The translations under genes and the position numbers were made by a program. This document shows, one piece after another, positions 50,612 to 61,136 of a stretch of DNA of 64,000 nt. Source of the stretch: a virus (lineage: Duplodnaviria > Caudoviricetes); IMG/VR virus record IMGVR_UViG_3300033066_000592, positions 10,265 through 74,264 of that record; one strand, written 5' to 3'. A model generated the notes under the pieces. The model ran no database searches, was not told where the DNA came from, and saw only the letters and a list, made by a program, of their open reading frames with translations. Each line of letters starts with the position of its first letter. The first letter of the stretch is position 1.

Positions 50612-52582
50612 ATGGCGACGAGCACACAGCAACATCCCAGCGAGGACAACTGGCAACGCTCAGACCTCAAGTATGGCTTCTTCCTAGAGATCAAGCCGAA
50701 CGAGAATCTGCGTGACGTGCAGGCAGACTCTCGCTACATCGAGCTGTTTCTCAGCCCCGATCGGCATGTGGTATCAGAGCCTGCTGCGACGGCAATCAAG
50801 CCCACGCAGGCAGGTTCTTTCGTGTCGAGCAACGGCTGGTTCGTGATCAAGCATGATCTGAGCGGGCAGACAGGCATGCAGCCAGGTAACGGCGTGTCCG
50901 GCCAGGCCGCGTTTTGGCAGTTCGCCAACTTGTATCGGCTTTGGAAAGACCGCACTCGCGCGAACCAGTATGCCGTGATGCACTGGTTCGCCATCAAAGA
51001 GGACGAGTTCTGGGTCATCGAGATCGAGACTTTCCGTCTCACGAGAACCAGCAAATCGCCCATCCAGTATCGCTACGATTTGTCGTTCACAGCTGTAGAG
51101 CCGTCGGTTCGCTTTGCGCAACGCACAGCCGCGGCTGTCGACGTCACACCGACAGTCATCGTGAAAGACACGCGCTCGACGTTAACTGAGCTGACCGACG
51201 TGCTTGATAGAGGCCGCACGGTGCTGCCGTTGGTGGCGGGGCAGCTCCGCAACGCTTACCAGCTGGCGCTCAACAGTGCAGGTGTCGTCGTGTCGACGCT
51301 GTCAGACCTGGAAGACTCGGCAAAGGCCATCACGACTGACCTCGTCATCAATCTGCTGCGACAGACCAGCTCGTTTTTCAGTGGCGTCTTCACAGTGTTG
51401 TCACGTGTCAAGAGCTTGCCCGAAGAGGTCGAGTTCGAGGTGAACCGCTGCGCTGTTGAAGCTTCCGTACTCACGGACGTGCTGCTCGCGTTTCACGAGC
51501 TGGAGTCATCGCAGTTTGGCTTATCAGGCATAGACGGCAGCGTGCGCACGAGCGGCGCCGGCTTAGATTCGTTCCGGCCTATCGACGCGAACCAGCAAGA
51601 GGATCTGGTCTTCCAGGTGCCAGCTGATAGCGTCGGTCGTGCTGTCGCCGAAGATTTCATCGCACAGGTGCCTGACATCGAACGGTACCTGGCCGCCAAG
51701 ATGCTCAAGAGCGTCAAGGTGCGCGACGGTCAGGCAATCGAAGACGTGGCCTTGGAGCATCTTGGCAGCGTACATGCGGCGATCGTGCTCATCACGGTGA
51801 ACGATCTGACGTATCCGTACATCGCACCGGATGCCGCCAACAAGCCGCCAGGTACCGTCGCGTGGGGCGAAGACCTGTACGTGCCTGTTTTGGTGGAGCC
51901 CGATCGCGTTGGCACTGATGGCCGCGCGACCGCGATCCTGCATGAGAACCGTGTCGGCACGTTGACTGCGTCTACAACACTGACGCTGACCGACGCCAAC
52001 GCCAAATTTCCACCGGACCTGCTCGTCGGTTACACCGTGCAGATCGGCCCAACTCTACGCATCGTCGTGGCGAATACGGCTACGACGTTGACCGTGAATC
52101 GCGCGTACCCGTTTGCGCCACTTCCAGGCACGACATACACCGTGACGTATCGCGAGTTCACGTTGCAAAAGCAGGACTCACGCGAAGTGCTCACTTACGG
52201 CAAAGATGCACTCGTGCGTGAGGTGCACGTTGGTGCAGGAACCGAGGCGTATTTCGACACTGTGATCGGACCGAACAACGACCTGCAGCTCGTGTACGGC
52301 TACGCGAATTTCGATCAAGCGATGACAGTCATGCTCAACACGGAGCAAGGCAGCTACAAGCTACATCCGACGTATGGTCTGAACATGCCTGTGGGCCTGT
52401 CGATCAGTCAGAACAAGTCAGAGCTGTTCGTGTTCGATGCGAGACGATCGCTTTCTCGGAACACGAAAGTTGATTCTGTACCGCGCATCGACGTGCAGTC
52501 AGCCGGTGACGTCCTGAAAGCCGACTTCTATATCAAGCCGATCGCGGAAGGCCGCGCCCGGCTGTTTCGGAGAGCCAGCTAA
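50612..52582 (+). CDS. baseplate protein: tube-initiator-like N-terminus, LysM-like domain, C-terminal gp25-like domain
   Basis: IEIETFRLTRTSKSPIQYRYDLSF; VKVRDGQAIEDVALEHLG (LysM-like); FDQAMTVMLNTEQGSYKLHPTYG (gp25-like). Start ATG 50612. Confidence 0.7.
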   Translation: MATSTQQHPSEDNWQRSDLKYGFFLEIKPNENLRDVQADSRYIELFLSPDRHVVSEPAATAIKPTQAGSFVSSNGWFVIKHDLSGQTGMQPGNGVSGQAAFWQFANLYRLWKDRTRANQYAVMHWFAIKEDEFWVIEIETFRLTRTSKSPIQYRYDLSFTAVEPSVRFAQRTAAAVDVTPTVIVKDTRSTLTELTDVLDRGRTVLPLVAGQLRNAYQLALNSAGVVVSTLSDLEDSAKAITTDLVINLLRQTSSFFSGVFTVLSRVKSLPEEVEFEVNRCAVEASVLTDVLLAFHELESSQFGLSGIDGSVRTSGAGLDSFRPIDANQQEDLVFQVPADSVGRAVAEDFIAQVPDIERYLAAKMLKSVKVRDGQAIEDVALEHLGSVHAAIVLITVNDLTYPYIAPDAANKPPGTVAWGEDLYVPVLVEPDRVGTDGRATAILHENRVGTLTASTTLTLTDANAKFPPDLLVGYTVQIGPTLRIVVANTATTLTVNRAYPFAPLPGTTYTVTYREFTLQKQDSREVLTYGKDALVREVHVGAGTEAYFDTVIGPNNDLQLVYGYANFDQAMTVMLNTEQGSYKLHPTYGLNMPVGLSISQNKSELFVFDARRSLSRNTKVDSVPRIDVQSAGDVLKADFYIKPIAEGRARLFRRAS

Positions 52583-54714
52583 TGCCGCCAACAACCGCCT
52601 ATCGGCCGAAGTCCTATCCAACGATTCTGAGTGACATGCTGCGCCGGCTGAAGAAAGCCCTTGGCGTCGCAACCTACTCAGAGGTAGGCGGTATCCTGCT
52701 CACGATGCTGGAAACCACCAGCTTCTCTGTGGCAGAGGTGCACATCCGAATCAAGACGCTGCTCGATCTGTTTAGCATCTGGCGCTGTCGTGGTCGCGAC
52801 CTTGACGAACGTGCACGTGATTTCGGTTCGGATCAGCTCGATCAGATGAAGCGGCGCAAGGCGCGACAGGCAACAGCACCCTTGGTTGTCGCTGATGGTC
52901 AGCTTCCTGCCACGAGCTTGTTGGCTGCCGATGTGCTGGCCGGCGCCACGGTCTTTCAGGTGCAGCCCGGTGATGGCGCACTGTTTCCGTTAGGTGGCAG
53001 CGTCGTGCTAGAGCGCGGCACCGCTCGCGCGGAGACTGTCGTATTTGTGCGCGTCGGTGACGTGTTCAACGTCATACCCGTGCCAGGCGGGCCGACAGGG
53101 CTTCTGTATGCGCACAACGCTGCGACTCTTCTCAATTTCATCTCGACAAAAAGCTATATCGCGGCGCCCGTCGTGACTGGTGGCCTGACGATCCTCCTCG
53201 CGTCAGGCACTGGTACGGCGTGGCCCGCGTCCGGTGCCGTCGTCATTGACCGTGAATCGGTGCTGCGCGAGCTGCTGCCGTTCACACGTACCGGCGACAT
53301 GCTGACACTTGGCTTGCCGCTGGCAAACAACCATGCGGCAGGAGCGTCGCTATACCTGTCGACTGCTGGCGTAGATCGCCAGGTGCCTGTCAACACAGGC
53401 GTGTTTGCGCGAGCCACCACGGTCAATGCACAGGTGAATTTCCGAACGAAAGCAGCTGGCACGCTGCTCGATGGCGACCTCACAACTGGTCTCATACAGG
53501 CGGAGTCGGAAGACGTCGGCGCTGATACGAATGTCGGTAGCAACACGCTGACAAGCTGGCTCGACAGACCGTTCCCCACAGCCGTCGTGTACAACCCAGT
53601 CGCGGCAACGCGCGGTCGCAATGAAGAGGAAGACGACGACTACAAGGATCGGCTCTGGTCGTTCATCTTGTCGCTCAGCCGCAGCACGCCGCTCGCTATC
53701 GAGACGCTGGTGCAGGGTCTAGAAGATCCTGAGACGGGCCTTGTCGTCGACTTTGCGCAAGTCGTAGAGCCCGTAGCGCCCGGTTTATCGATTCTGTACA
53801 TCAATGACGGTACGCCGACGTTTACGCTCACTTTCGCCAAGCGTTCAGGCCGTGAGGTGCTGATCAACGATGCACTGACAGGTGACAAGTTCGCCAAGCT
53901 CAACGCGGCACCGCCGTTTGCAGTACAGGCGCAGCCAGCGGCTCAGCGTACGCCGCGGCTCTATCGCAGTGATTTCGGTGGTGTGACGACGTCAGTGGGC
54001 GTCAACTACGTCGAAGACACAAACTTGTCACTCGTCGTGAACAGCCAAATCGGCAAGTACGTCAAGACCGTCGATGGTCAGTTCTACGTCGTGACGTCCA
54101 ACACGGCGATTCGTCTCAACGTGAATGCCGCAGGCGCGACACCTGCCCTGGGTCCTTACGCGGTTTTCGACTTCACGTTTGATCCGCTTGTGCCTGGCGT
54201 GCAGCTCACAGATCCAGGCATCGGCTACGTCTTTAACGAGTCGACAGGCGACATCGAGCTTGTGGGCCCGTTGACCGTGCATGATGGCCTTGTCGCAGTT
54301 GACGACAACGCGGTAGCAGTCGGCGCGTACACCTACAGCACAGGTCTAGGTGCGTACGTGCAGCGTATCGTTAATGGCGATCGTACCGACAAGCAGCTCT
54401 ATCCAGGCATTCGCGCGTGTGGCACCAAAGTTCTGGTGGTCGCGGCCAGCATCATCTCGCCAGGCTTCACCGTGCAGGTGATTCCGCGGCCGAACTTCAG
54501 CGTGACGGAACTGGCGCCGCTGGTTGCGCAAGTCGTGCAGTCCTACGTGAATTCGACGCTTATCGGTGGCGAAGTCATCCTGGCACAGCTCATCGCGTTG
54601 ATCATTGCGATACCTGGTGTGGCTGACGCCTACGTGCTAGCGCCGGCTGCCAACAGTCGTGCTGGTGCTGGTCAACTTCAGCGCATCGTGGGCGCCAACG
54701 TGCAGGTGAACTGA
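52582..54714 (+). CDS. baseplate J-like wedge protein with insertions
   Basis: GRDLDERARDFG, AESEDVGADTNVG, GRNEEEDDDYKDRL...STPLAIE and a C-terminal 'LIGGEVILAQL' J-type pattern. Confidence 0.85.
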   Translation: MPPTTAYRPKSYPTILSDMLRRLKKALGVATYSEVGGILLTMLETTSFSVAEVHIRIKTLLDLFSIWRCRGRDLDERARDFGSDQLDQMKRRKARQATAPLVVADGQLPATSLLAADVLAGATVFQVQPGDGALFPLGGSVVLERGTARAETVVFVRVGDVFNVIPVPGGPTGLLYAHNAATLLNFISTKSYIAAPVVTGGLTILLASGTGTAWPASGAVVIDRESVLRELLPFTRTGDMLTLGLPLANNHAAGASLYLSTAGVDRQVPVNTGVFARATTVNAQVNFRTKAAGTLLDGDLTTGLIQAESEDVGADTNVGSNTLTSWLDRPFPTAVVYNPVAATRGRNEEEDDDYKDRLWSFILSLSRSTPLAIETLVQGLEDPETGLVVDFAQVVEPVAPGLSILYINDGTPTFTLTFAKRSGREVLINDALTGDKFAKLNAAPPFAVQAQPAAQRTPRLYRSDFGGVTTSVGVNYVEDTNLSLVVNSQIGKYVKTVDGQFYVVTSNTAIRLNVNAAGATPALGPYAVFDFTFDPLVPGVQLTDPGIGYVFNESTGDIELVGPLTVHDGLVAVDDNAVAVGAYTYSTGLGAYVQRIVNGDRTDKQLYPGIRACGTKVLVVAASIISPGFTVQVIPRPNFSVTELAPLVAQVVQSYVNSTLIGGEVILAQLIALIIAIPGVADAYVLAPAANSRAGAGQLQRIVGANVQVN

Positions 54715-54715
54715 C

Positions 54716-55633
54716 ATGGCGCTTCCCGGCAACAAGACAACAGACATTCTGCGGAGCCTACCGCCGCGCCTGCTCAAGACGCCTGCGAGTACGAATGCCA
54801 AAATCCTGTCGGCCATCGGCGACACGGTCAACGACCTTGCCGGTGCGCTCGATCCTGCTGTCGAATACACGGCGTTTGAGCAGGCACGTCTGTCGATGCT
54901 GCTGCGTTACGCCGAAGGTTCGTACCTGGATCGTATCGGCGCTAACTACGGCATCGCACGGCATCCGCTGCTCGGCACGAACGACGATCTGTATCGGCAG
55001 CTCATAGGTCTGTTGGCGTGGCTGCCGAAGGCGACAAACTTCTGTGTGCAGACTTTGCTGGAGATCCTGCTTGGTACACAGGCGAGCCTCGTGCTTGCTG
55101 GCAAGCGGCCATGGCGAATCTATGAGTTCACGAACGTCATCGTGATCGAGGTTCCATACGAGCTGACGCGCCTGTCAAACGAGGTTGCGAGTTACCTGCA
55201 CGGCATCTCAGGCATCGGCAGCAGTGACCCTACGTTGCCTCTCAATGCGTTCAACGTCTTTGACAGGAACTTGCCACAGGATGACTGGCAAGCGAGCGTA
55301 GCTGGTCTCACGCTGTCGCTGTTCGTAGCTGGCGTGTGGACGAATTATGTTGCGACGACTCTCACGTACGTGGCCGTGCCCAGCACGTCAGTTATCGGCA
55401 CGACAACGCCTGTACCGGCTGGCTACGTCGGCGTTCCGTTCTATCTCATCACTAAAGGCTACCGCGGTGACTTTCTGTCGCCGTCACACACAGAGCGCTC
55501 CGATACCAGCACAACGCCACCGCACCAAGACCGTGTGTACTTGAGTGGCGATGGTGCACTCGAAGTTTTCAAGTTCTACATGCTGCGGATCGTGCGTGCT
55601 TCAGGCATCGTTGTCCGCTACGAGAGGATCTGA
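54716..55633 (+). CDS. baseplate wedge protein (gpI-like)
   Basis: AEGSYLDRIGANYGIAR...DDLYRQLI pattern; follows the J-like gene. Confidence 0.75.
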   Translation: MALPGNKTTDILRSLPPRLLKTPASTNAKILSAIGDTVNDLAGALDPAVEYTAFEQARLSMLLRYAEGSYLDRIGANYGIARHPLLGTNDDLYRQLIGLLAWLPKATNFCVQTLLEILLGTQASLVLAGKRPWRIYEFTNVIVIEVPYELTRLSNEVASYLHGISGIGSSDPTLPLNAFNVFDRNLPQDDWQASVAGLTLSLFVAGVWTNYVATTLTYVAVPSTSVIGTTTPVPAGYVGVPFYLITKGYRGDFLSPSHTERSDTSTTPPHQDRVYLSGDGALEVFKFYMLRIVRASGIVVRYERI

Positions 55634-55635
55634 CT

Positions 55636-58563
55636 ATGGCTACCGGAGACACGACACCCCGCAAGAGAGCCCGCTTTGCTTCGAACCAGCGTCTAGATCA
55701 ACCTGACGCGGAAGACCTCAGCCGTGGGCCTCGTGACGAAACGGGCCTCGTGGCCAAGAGCGTGACGTCGAAAGCCGTAGCGACCGCCGGGGCACCTGTC
55801 GGTTTCATTTTCGGAGGCGGTTCAGTGACGGCGAATCCGATCGCCATCAACGACGGCAAGGTGCGCTTGAACGCGGAGTTGTTCGTTGCGCTGGACGCCG
55901 ATGGCAATTTGCTCGTGAAGCCGGACGCCACGACGATTGACGCCACCATTCCGCCAGGTGGTGCCGACTATCAGGTCTACGCTTACGAGGCTGAGGTTGA
56001 TACGACCAGCGCCGTGCGGCAGTTCATCACGTCGGTTGCGCCCTACACGGAAGTGTCGCAGGTGACGGCGACGCGGCTGACCACGCAAGTCGGTCTGCAC
56101 GTGCGTGTCGGTGGTCTCGGTTCGATCGTGTCAGAAGACGCTATCGGCAGCGCAAACCGCGCGCTGGTGTTTCTCGGCATCGCTTCGAACCTGCTGGGCA
56201 CCGTGACATTTGATCCGTCAGCACAGGTCAATCGCCTAGGCTCTACTGTCGGTCCATTCACGCCGCCGGCAAACGGCTACTCAGCAGGCAGCATGAGAAC
56301 GCTGACGGAGCAGCTGGCGGCTCTGCTGTACATGGCGAGCCGTGATCGCTGGAAGGGGGCACGTGCACAGAATCTGCCATATCTCACGCTGAACGCCTCC
56401 AACAACCACGGCGCCTACAGCGAACCGCCATACGGCCTCGACTATGCGGGTCGGGCTGTGCTCGCCTACATCACGATCGGTGACGGCGTCACGTGCTTCG
56501 GTGATTTTGACCTATCGGGCTACGCCAGCGGGGATCTGTGTTTGCAAGCTGCGATTAATGCACTGCCGATATTCGGCGGTACGATCCTGCTCAAGTGCAA
56601 CACGCGCGTCACGTTTGCTGGCGACGTGACGGTGCCTCTCGGCAAAGACGTCGCGATTCTAGGCGATGACGGCAGCCGCGCGCAGCTTGTGACGAGCGCC
56701 TTCAAGATCAAGTTCGCGGCGACAGGCAGCCGTCTTGTGCTGCGCAACCTTCGCCTCGTCATTGAGAGCACGGCAATCGCACCACGGGACGGTACACTGC
56801 TCATCGACCGCTGCAATCTGAGCGCAGGCGCCGCTGTCTCGGTTGCCATGATCAAGCCTGACGCCGCGTCTGCGGCTCTGAGCGGTATTCGCATCGTGAA
56901 CAGCTCTTTCGTTGGCCAGGCTGTCATGGATTCGTCGACGACGGTGGCGTTTTTGGATGGCGGCGGAAAGCCGGCTTTCAACATCATCGTGGACAACTGC
57001 ACGTTTCGTCTCATCGAGCGCACGCAGTGCATGGTATCGCTCACCGATGTGCGGCAAGACGTGCGATTCACCAGTTGTAGCTTCTTCTTTGACGACGACA
57101 TCATACCGGCTGCCACGGGTGCTGGTTTGGTGCTTAGTTCCACGGACAACACTTTCGCGACGTGGGGTCGCGAGGTGTCTGGCTGCAGTTTCAGTGGCAC
57201 CAAGACCACGCTAGGTACGGCCGCACTGCGTGGAATTGCACTCGGTAAGCTGAGCAATCTTCTTGTCGCAGGTTGCAGCTTTCGCAAGACGTCGAACGCC
57301 ATTGAAGTTGTGAATCCAAACGGTACGGGCCATGCACGTATCAGTGCTTGTTCGTTCTTGGACACAGGACTCGTTGTGTCCGGTGCGGCTCACGACTGGA
57401 TTGGTTCTACGTTCGAGGGCTGTGAGTTCGCACACACAGATTTACAGTTCACGTGTGCGCTCGTACAGGATCTGCGGTTCACAGACTGCACGTTCGACAA
57501 GAGTTTCGCCGGAAGCATCATTGTCTGGTTCAACGTGACGACGGGCCTACGTGAGGTCAGTTTCAGCAAATGCAAGTTCTACCAGAACACAGACGAATCG
57601 CTGTCCGGCGCACTCAGGATTGCTACGCCAACAGGTGCCACAGGCGTTTTGCTTGGCGTCACCGTGAGTGACTGTGAATTCATCGGTGGTGGCTCTACAA
57701 CGACGGACAACGCGATCTTTGGTCTGAGTCTCGAAACATACGCGATGGAAGGCGTGCGGCTGCGCAACAACCATTTCTACGACATACAGAACGTGGCCTA
57801 TACAGGCGGTGCAAATGACGGCGCCGCTGGTGGCTTTCGTGTCGTGGAGATACGGGCCTTTCGCGTAAACGGGCTCATGATTGAAGGCAACGTTTTCAAC
57901 AGAATCGGTTCCAACGAATCGTCGGCAGGTGGCGTGCTTGCGATGGGTCGTTGCCTTGCCTTCAAACCGCATATCAACGCCACGCTCACAGGCGCGTGGC
58001 AAGGCGTTAGTATCGTCGGCAACGTCTTCGGTGACGACGGCAGTATCGCGACACCATGGACCGTCGATCAGGCCAAGATCATCTGCGGTGATTGGCGGTT
58101 CGCGAACAACCAGTGTCGCTATCAATATCCCGCCGTGCTGAGTTACCCGTTCACGGCTGACATGCCAATCGACTTCGCGAATTCACTAGGCGTTACGAAC
58201 GGCGCGATCGTCTTCTCGGACAACTACTTCCGGCCTGTGAACAACACAGGAGCGCCAGTCAATCGCGACATCATCCGAATCGCAGATGCGGCAGGTAACG
58301 GTGGCCGTCTAGAGAAGATGACGTTTTCGCATAACGAGTTCGACTTGTATCCGTTCGACCACGGATACACACTCGGTCGTGGCATCTTGAACAAAGACAC
58401 CAACGTCATCTCGTCGATCTTCATCGGCAACAGTGCGACACCTGGCGACAAGATGCGCACCAACGGCATTGACACAGCCAACGTCACAGGTGAATCCGCA
58501 CCGACACCGCCTGGTCCTGCGACGGCGTGGACTCTCAATGTCGGCCTCAAGAGCCATACATAA
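55636..58563 (+). CDS. tail fibre/tailspike with right-handed beta-helix (depolymerase-like) domain
   Basis: Last tail gene; N-terminal baseplate-binding region; LQAAINALPIFGGTILL then repeats such as IVNSSF, IVDNCTF, VSGCSF, ISACSF, VSDCEF and IEGNVF. Confidence 0.8.
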   Translation: MATGDTTPRKRARFASNQRLDQPDAEDLSRGPRDETGLVAKSVTSKAVATAGAPVGFIFGGGSVTANPIAINDGKVRLNAELFVALDADGNLLVKPDATTIDATIPPGGADYQVYAYEAEVDTTSAVRQFITSVAPYTEVSQVTATRLTTQVGLHVRVGGLGSIVSEDAIGSANRALVFLGIASNLLGTVTFDPSAQVNRLGSTVGPFTPPANGYSAGSMRTLTEQLAALLYMASRDRWKGARAQNLPYLTLNASNNHGAYSEPPYGLDYAGRAVLAYITIGDGVTCFGDFDLSGYASGDLCLQAAINALPIFGGTILLKCNTRVTFAGDVTVPLGKDVAILGDDGSRAQLVTSAFKIKFAATGSRLVLRNLRLVIESTAIAPRDGTLLIDRCNLSAGAAVSVAMIKPDAASAALSGIRIVNSSFVGQAVMDSSTTVAFLDGGGKPAFNIIVDNCTFRLIERTQCMVSLTDVRQDVRFTSCSFFFDDDIIPAATGAGLVLSSTDNTFATWGREVSGCSFSGTKTTLGTAALRGIALGKLSNLLVAGCSFRKTSNAIEVVNPNGTGHARISACSFLDTGLVVSGAAHDWIGSTFEGCEFAHTDLQFTCALVQDLRFTDCTFDKSFAGSIIVWFNVTTGLREVSFSKCKFYQNTDESLSGALRIATPTGATGVLLGVTVSDCEFIGGGSTTTDNAIFGLSLETYAMEGVRLRNNHFYDIQNVAYTGGANDGAAGGFRVVEIRAFRVNGLMIEGNVFNRIGSNESSAGGVLAMGRCLAFKPHINATLTGAWQGVSIVGNVFGDDGSIATPWTVDQAKIICGDWRFANNQCRYQYPAVLSYPFTADMPIDFANSLGVTNGAIVFSDNYFRPVNNTGAPVNRDIIRIADAAGNGGRLEKMTFSHNEFDLYPFDHGYTLGRGILNKDTNVISSIFIGNSATPGDKMRTNGIDTANVTGESAPTPPGPATAWTLNVGLKSHT

Positions 58564-58600
58564 ACGAAGCACGTAACAGCGACGAGACAGCGACGATAGT

Positions 58601-58630
58601 TTGACTCGCAGCGTCGAGAGCAGCTACGAT
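58601..58630 (+). promoter_or_regulatory. sigma70-type promoter TTGACT-N18-TACGAT
   Basis: -35 at 58601-58606 and -10 at 58625-58630, 10 nt before ATG 58641, at the tail/replication boundary. Confidence 0.6.
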
Positions 58631-58640
58631 CGTTGTCACG

Positions 58641-60095
58641 ATGCAGCGTTCTGTCGTCATTACACTTGAGACCCCTCTCCGAGCGCGTATAGACGGTCTG
58701 CGTGACTCGGAGAGCAAGCATCTGTACCAAGAGCTTTCGTATCAGGCAGTCGAAACACGCCACGTACACAAGCCTGGCGCTCGCTCCAAGTGGGACGGCC
58801 GAAAGCCTTTCTTCTACAAGCGTACACAGCGCTTCGCAGCTCCTCTTCTCAAGCGCGTCAAGCGTCTTCTCAAAGAAGCCTCGATCGCCTTCACAATCGT
58901 CGATCGGCGCAAGCCTGCACCGCAGCCGAACATACAGCTGCTGAAGCCAGACATGCTAGTCGGCATGCGCATGGACGGCGCTTATGCCTACCAGCTGCGC
59001 GCCGTGAGGAAGGCTGCAGAGTGTGGCATGGGCGTGCTCCGCATGGCGACGAACAGCGGCAAGTCAGCCATCGCGTGCGCGATCGTGAAGCTGTATCTCG
59101 GAAGCTGTGAGCACATCCTGTTTCTGACGCACAAGCAGAACCTGGCGCTCGACATTCGCAAGAGCTTCGCCGAACAGCTTGGCACGATCGAAGAGAACAT
59201 TGGCCTTGTCGGTATGGGCCGCTTCGACGTCAAGAAAGTCACGATCGCAATGGTGAACTCGCTGCTGCGCCGCAAAGGCAGCACGGCGCGTAACGCGAAG
59301 ATCAAACAGCTGCTGCGAGAGACCGACATGGTGATCGTTGACGAAGCGCACCATCTCAAGAGCAAGCTGCACGCGAAGCCTGTGAATGCTTGCGTGAATG
59401 CCGCCGTGCGCTTCGGTTTGTCCGGCTCGTATACGCCAGGTGGTGAGGGCCTGTGCGTTGAGGCAGCCGTCGGGCCTGTCATTTTCAAGAAGACAAACGC
59501 CGCTCTCGTCAAGCTCGGTGTGTCGGCGAAACCTGTCGTCGAGATGGTCGAGGTCTCAGAGCCAGAGGAGCTGAACGGCAGCTGGCCTGAAGTCTATCGG
59601 CTCGGCATCGTCGACAACGTGTACCGCAACAACTTGATCATCGCGGACTTGGCACAGTGCGCTGCGGCGAAGCGGCCTGCTGTTGTACTCGTGCGTGAGA
59701 AGCGCCATGGTCGGAACCTCAGCGATCAGCTGCGCGCTCGCAAGATTCCGCACAAGTTTCTCTACAGCACTGGCTTTCCTGGTGGTCTGCCGGCAATCAA
59801 GGGCTTCATGCGGTCGTTCGAGCAAGGCTACCTGCCTGTGCTTGTCGCGACGACTGGCCTGCTCGATGAAGGCGCGAACCTGCCAGCCTGCCGTGACCTG
59901 CTCATCGCCGATGGCATGAAGTCGCTGCGCTCAGTGCTACAGCGCGTCGGCCGTGCGCTTCGCAAAAAGAAAGGCACCGACAACACGGTGCGAATCGTCG
60001 ACTACGCCGATCTGACGAACGGTTGGCTGGCCGAGCACGCGCAGGAACGTCTGCGCATCTACACAGAAGAAGGCTTCGAGATACAGGAGAGGTGA
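58641..60095 (+). CDS. superfamily 2 DNA helicase (UvsW-like)
   Basis: AYQL, MATNSGKS, IVDEAHH, GLSGS, LDEGANLP and QRVGRALR motifs. Confidence 0.9.
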   Translation: MQRSVVITLETPLRARIDGLRDSESKHLYQELSYQAVETRHVHKPGARSKWDGRKPFFYKRTQRFAAPLLKRVKRLLKEASIAFTIVDRRKPAPQPNIQLLKPDMLVGMRMDGAYAYQLRAVRKAAECGMGVLRMATNSGKSAIACAIVKLYLGSCEHILFLTHKQNLALDIRKSFAEQLGTIEENIGLVGMGRFDVKKVTIAMVNSLLRRKGSTARNAKIKQLLRETDMVIVDEAHHLKSKLHAKPVNACVNAAVRFGLSGSYTPGGEGLCVEAAVGPVIFKKTNAALVKLGVSAKPVVEMVEVSEPEELNGSWPEVYRLGIVDNVYRNNLIIADLAQCAAAKRPAVVLVREKRHGRNLSDQLRARKIPHKFLYSTGFPGGLPAIKGFMRSFEQGYLPVLVATTGLLDEGANLPACRDLLIADGMKSLRSVLQRVGRALRKKKGTDNTVRIVDYADLTNGWLAEHAQERLRIYTEEGFEIQER

Positions 60096-60098
60096 ACC

Positions 60099-61133
60099 GT
60101 GAATCCCGTGAATATTCTGCGTCTGCTCAACGAGCAGGTTCCTGTTGCGCCACCGAAGCATCACGCCCTTTTTCTACACGAGGATGGTGTGCTGTACGTC
60201 ATGATTCATATCAGCAGCCGACGCTGGCTTGAGGTCCGTTTCGACGCTGAAGATCATGGCAAGACCGAAGAGGCCGTATTCGCCGAGATCATGGGGCTAG
60301 TCGAGACCGAGCGGCGCGTAGACGACAGCATGCCCACGGCACCGGAAATCCAGAAGACGCTCGGACAGATCGGCTACGAAGCGTACGCCGTTGCGACAGG
60401 CGGCAAGACCTGGGATGGCCGCGACATGCCGACATGGGCACAGGTGCTCGCAAGCGGTACGAAGGTCGCCGCGGCTTGGGAGTTCGCGGCGCAGGGAATC
60501 GCTCGCGAATCCACCGTACGGCTGCGCATGGCTCTCGAAAAGGCAGAAGACAAGAGCATTCCTGTGTTGATGCCTGTCGCAGAGATTGCGATGCCAGAAG
60601 GCGCGCAGGCGTATATCAAGACGCGAGCTGTCGGCTGTAGCGAGAAGCAGTATTTCCGCAAGAAGCCGATCGTGGTCTCAGCCTACCAGGCGCAAGCGAT
60701 GGTCGAAATCCCGACGCTTGAAGGCGTCATGACGGCGCAGCCTGGCGACTGGATCATCACAGGTGTCAACGGCGAGGTGTATCCATGCAAGCCGGACATC
60801 TTCGAGAAGACGTACGAGCCTGTGCCGTCAGAACCTCTGCGGGAACCACGGTCTGTCGCCGAAAGCGTGGCTCACGACAACGAAGCCCAACGCTTGTTTG
60901 AGAGCATCGAATACGTGTCGCCACCTTCCGACAAGCGGCAAGTGGCAGGTACTCGCGTCATCGAGACGCGCAGCGGTCCTGTGATCACGTCGGAAACACC
61001 TACGCAGTACGCGGCAGCACGGAATCTGTGTGCTGCCGCTGGTACCTGGCATGCTGATGACTGCCCCGGTTTCAGCGGTGCACCGTGTCTCCGCAAAGGG
61101 CTGCCAACCAAGACTGAAGGACCCGAGGCGTAG
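60099..61133 (+). CDS. multidomain hypothetical protein with a PGDYG-like domain
   Basis: [10 protein letters not shown]...[35 protein letters not shown] is a common phage domain. Confidence 0.7.
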   Translation: MNPVNILRLLNEQVPVAPPKHHALFLHEDGVLYVMIHISSRRWLEVRFDAEDHGKTEEAVFAEIMGLVETERRVDDSMPTAPEIQKTLGQIGYEAYAVATGGKTWDGRDMPTWAQVLASGTKVAAAWEFAAQGIARESTVRLRMALEKAEDKSIPVLMPVAEIAMPEGAQAYIKTRAVGCSEKQYFRKKPIVVSAYQAQAMVEIPTLEGVMTAQPGDWIITGVNGEVYPCKPDIFEKTYEPVPSEPLREPRSVAESVAHDNEAQRLFESIEYVSPPSDKRQVAGTRVIETRSGPVITSETPTQYAAARNLCAAAGTWHADDCPGFSGAPCLRKGLPTKTEGPEA

Positions 61134-61136
61134 GTC

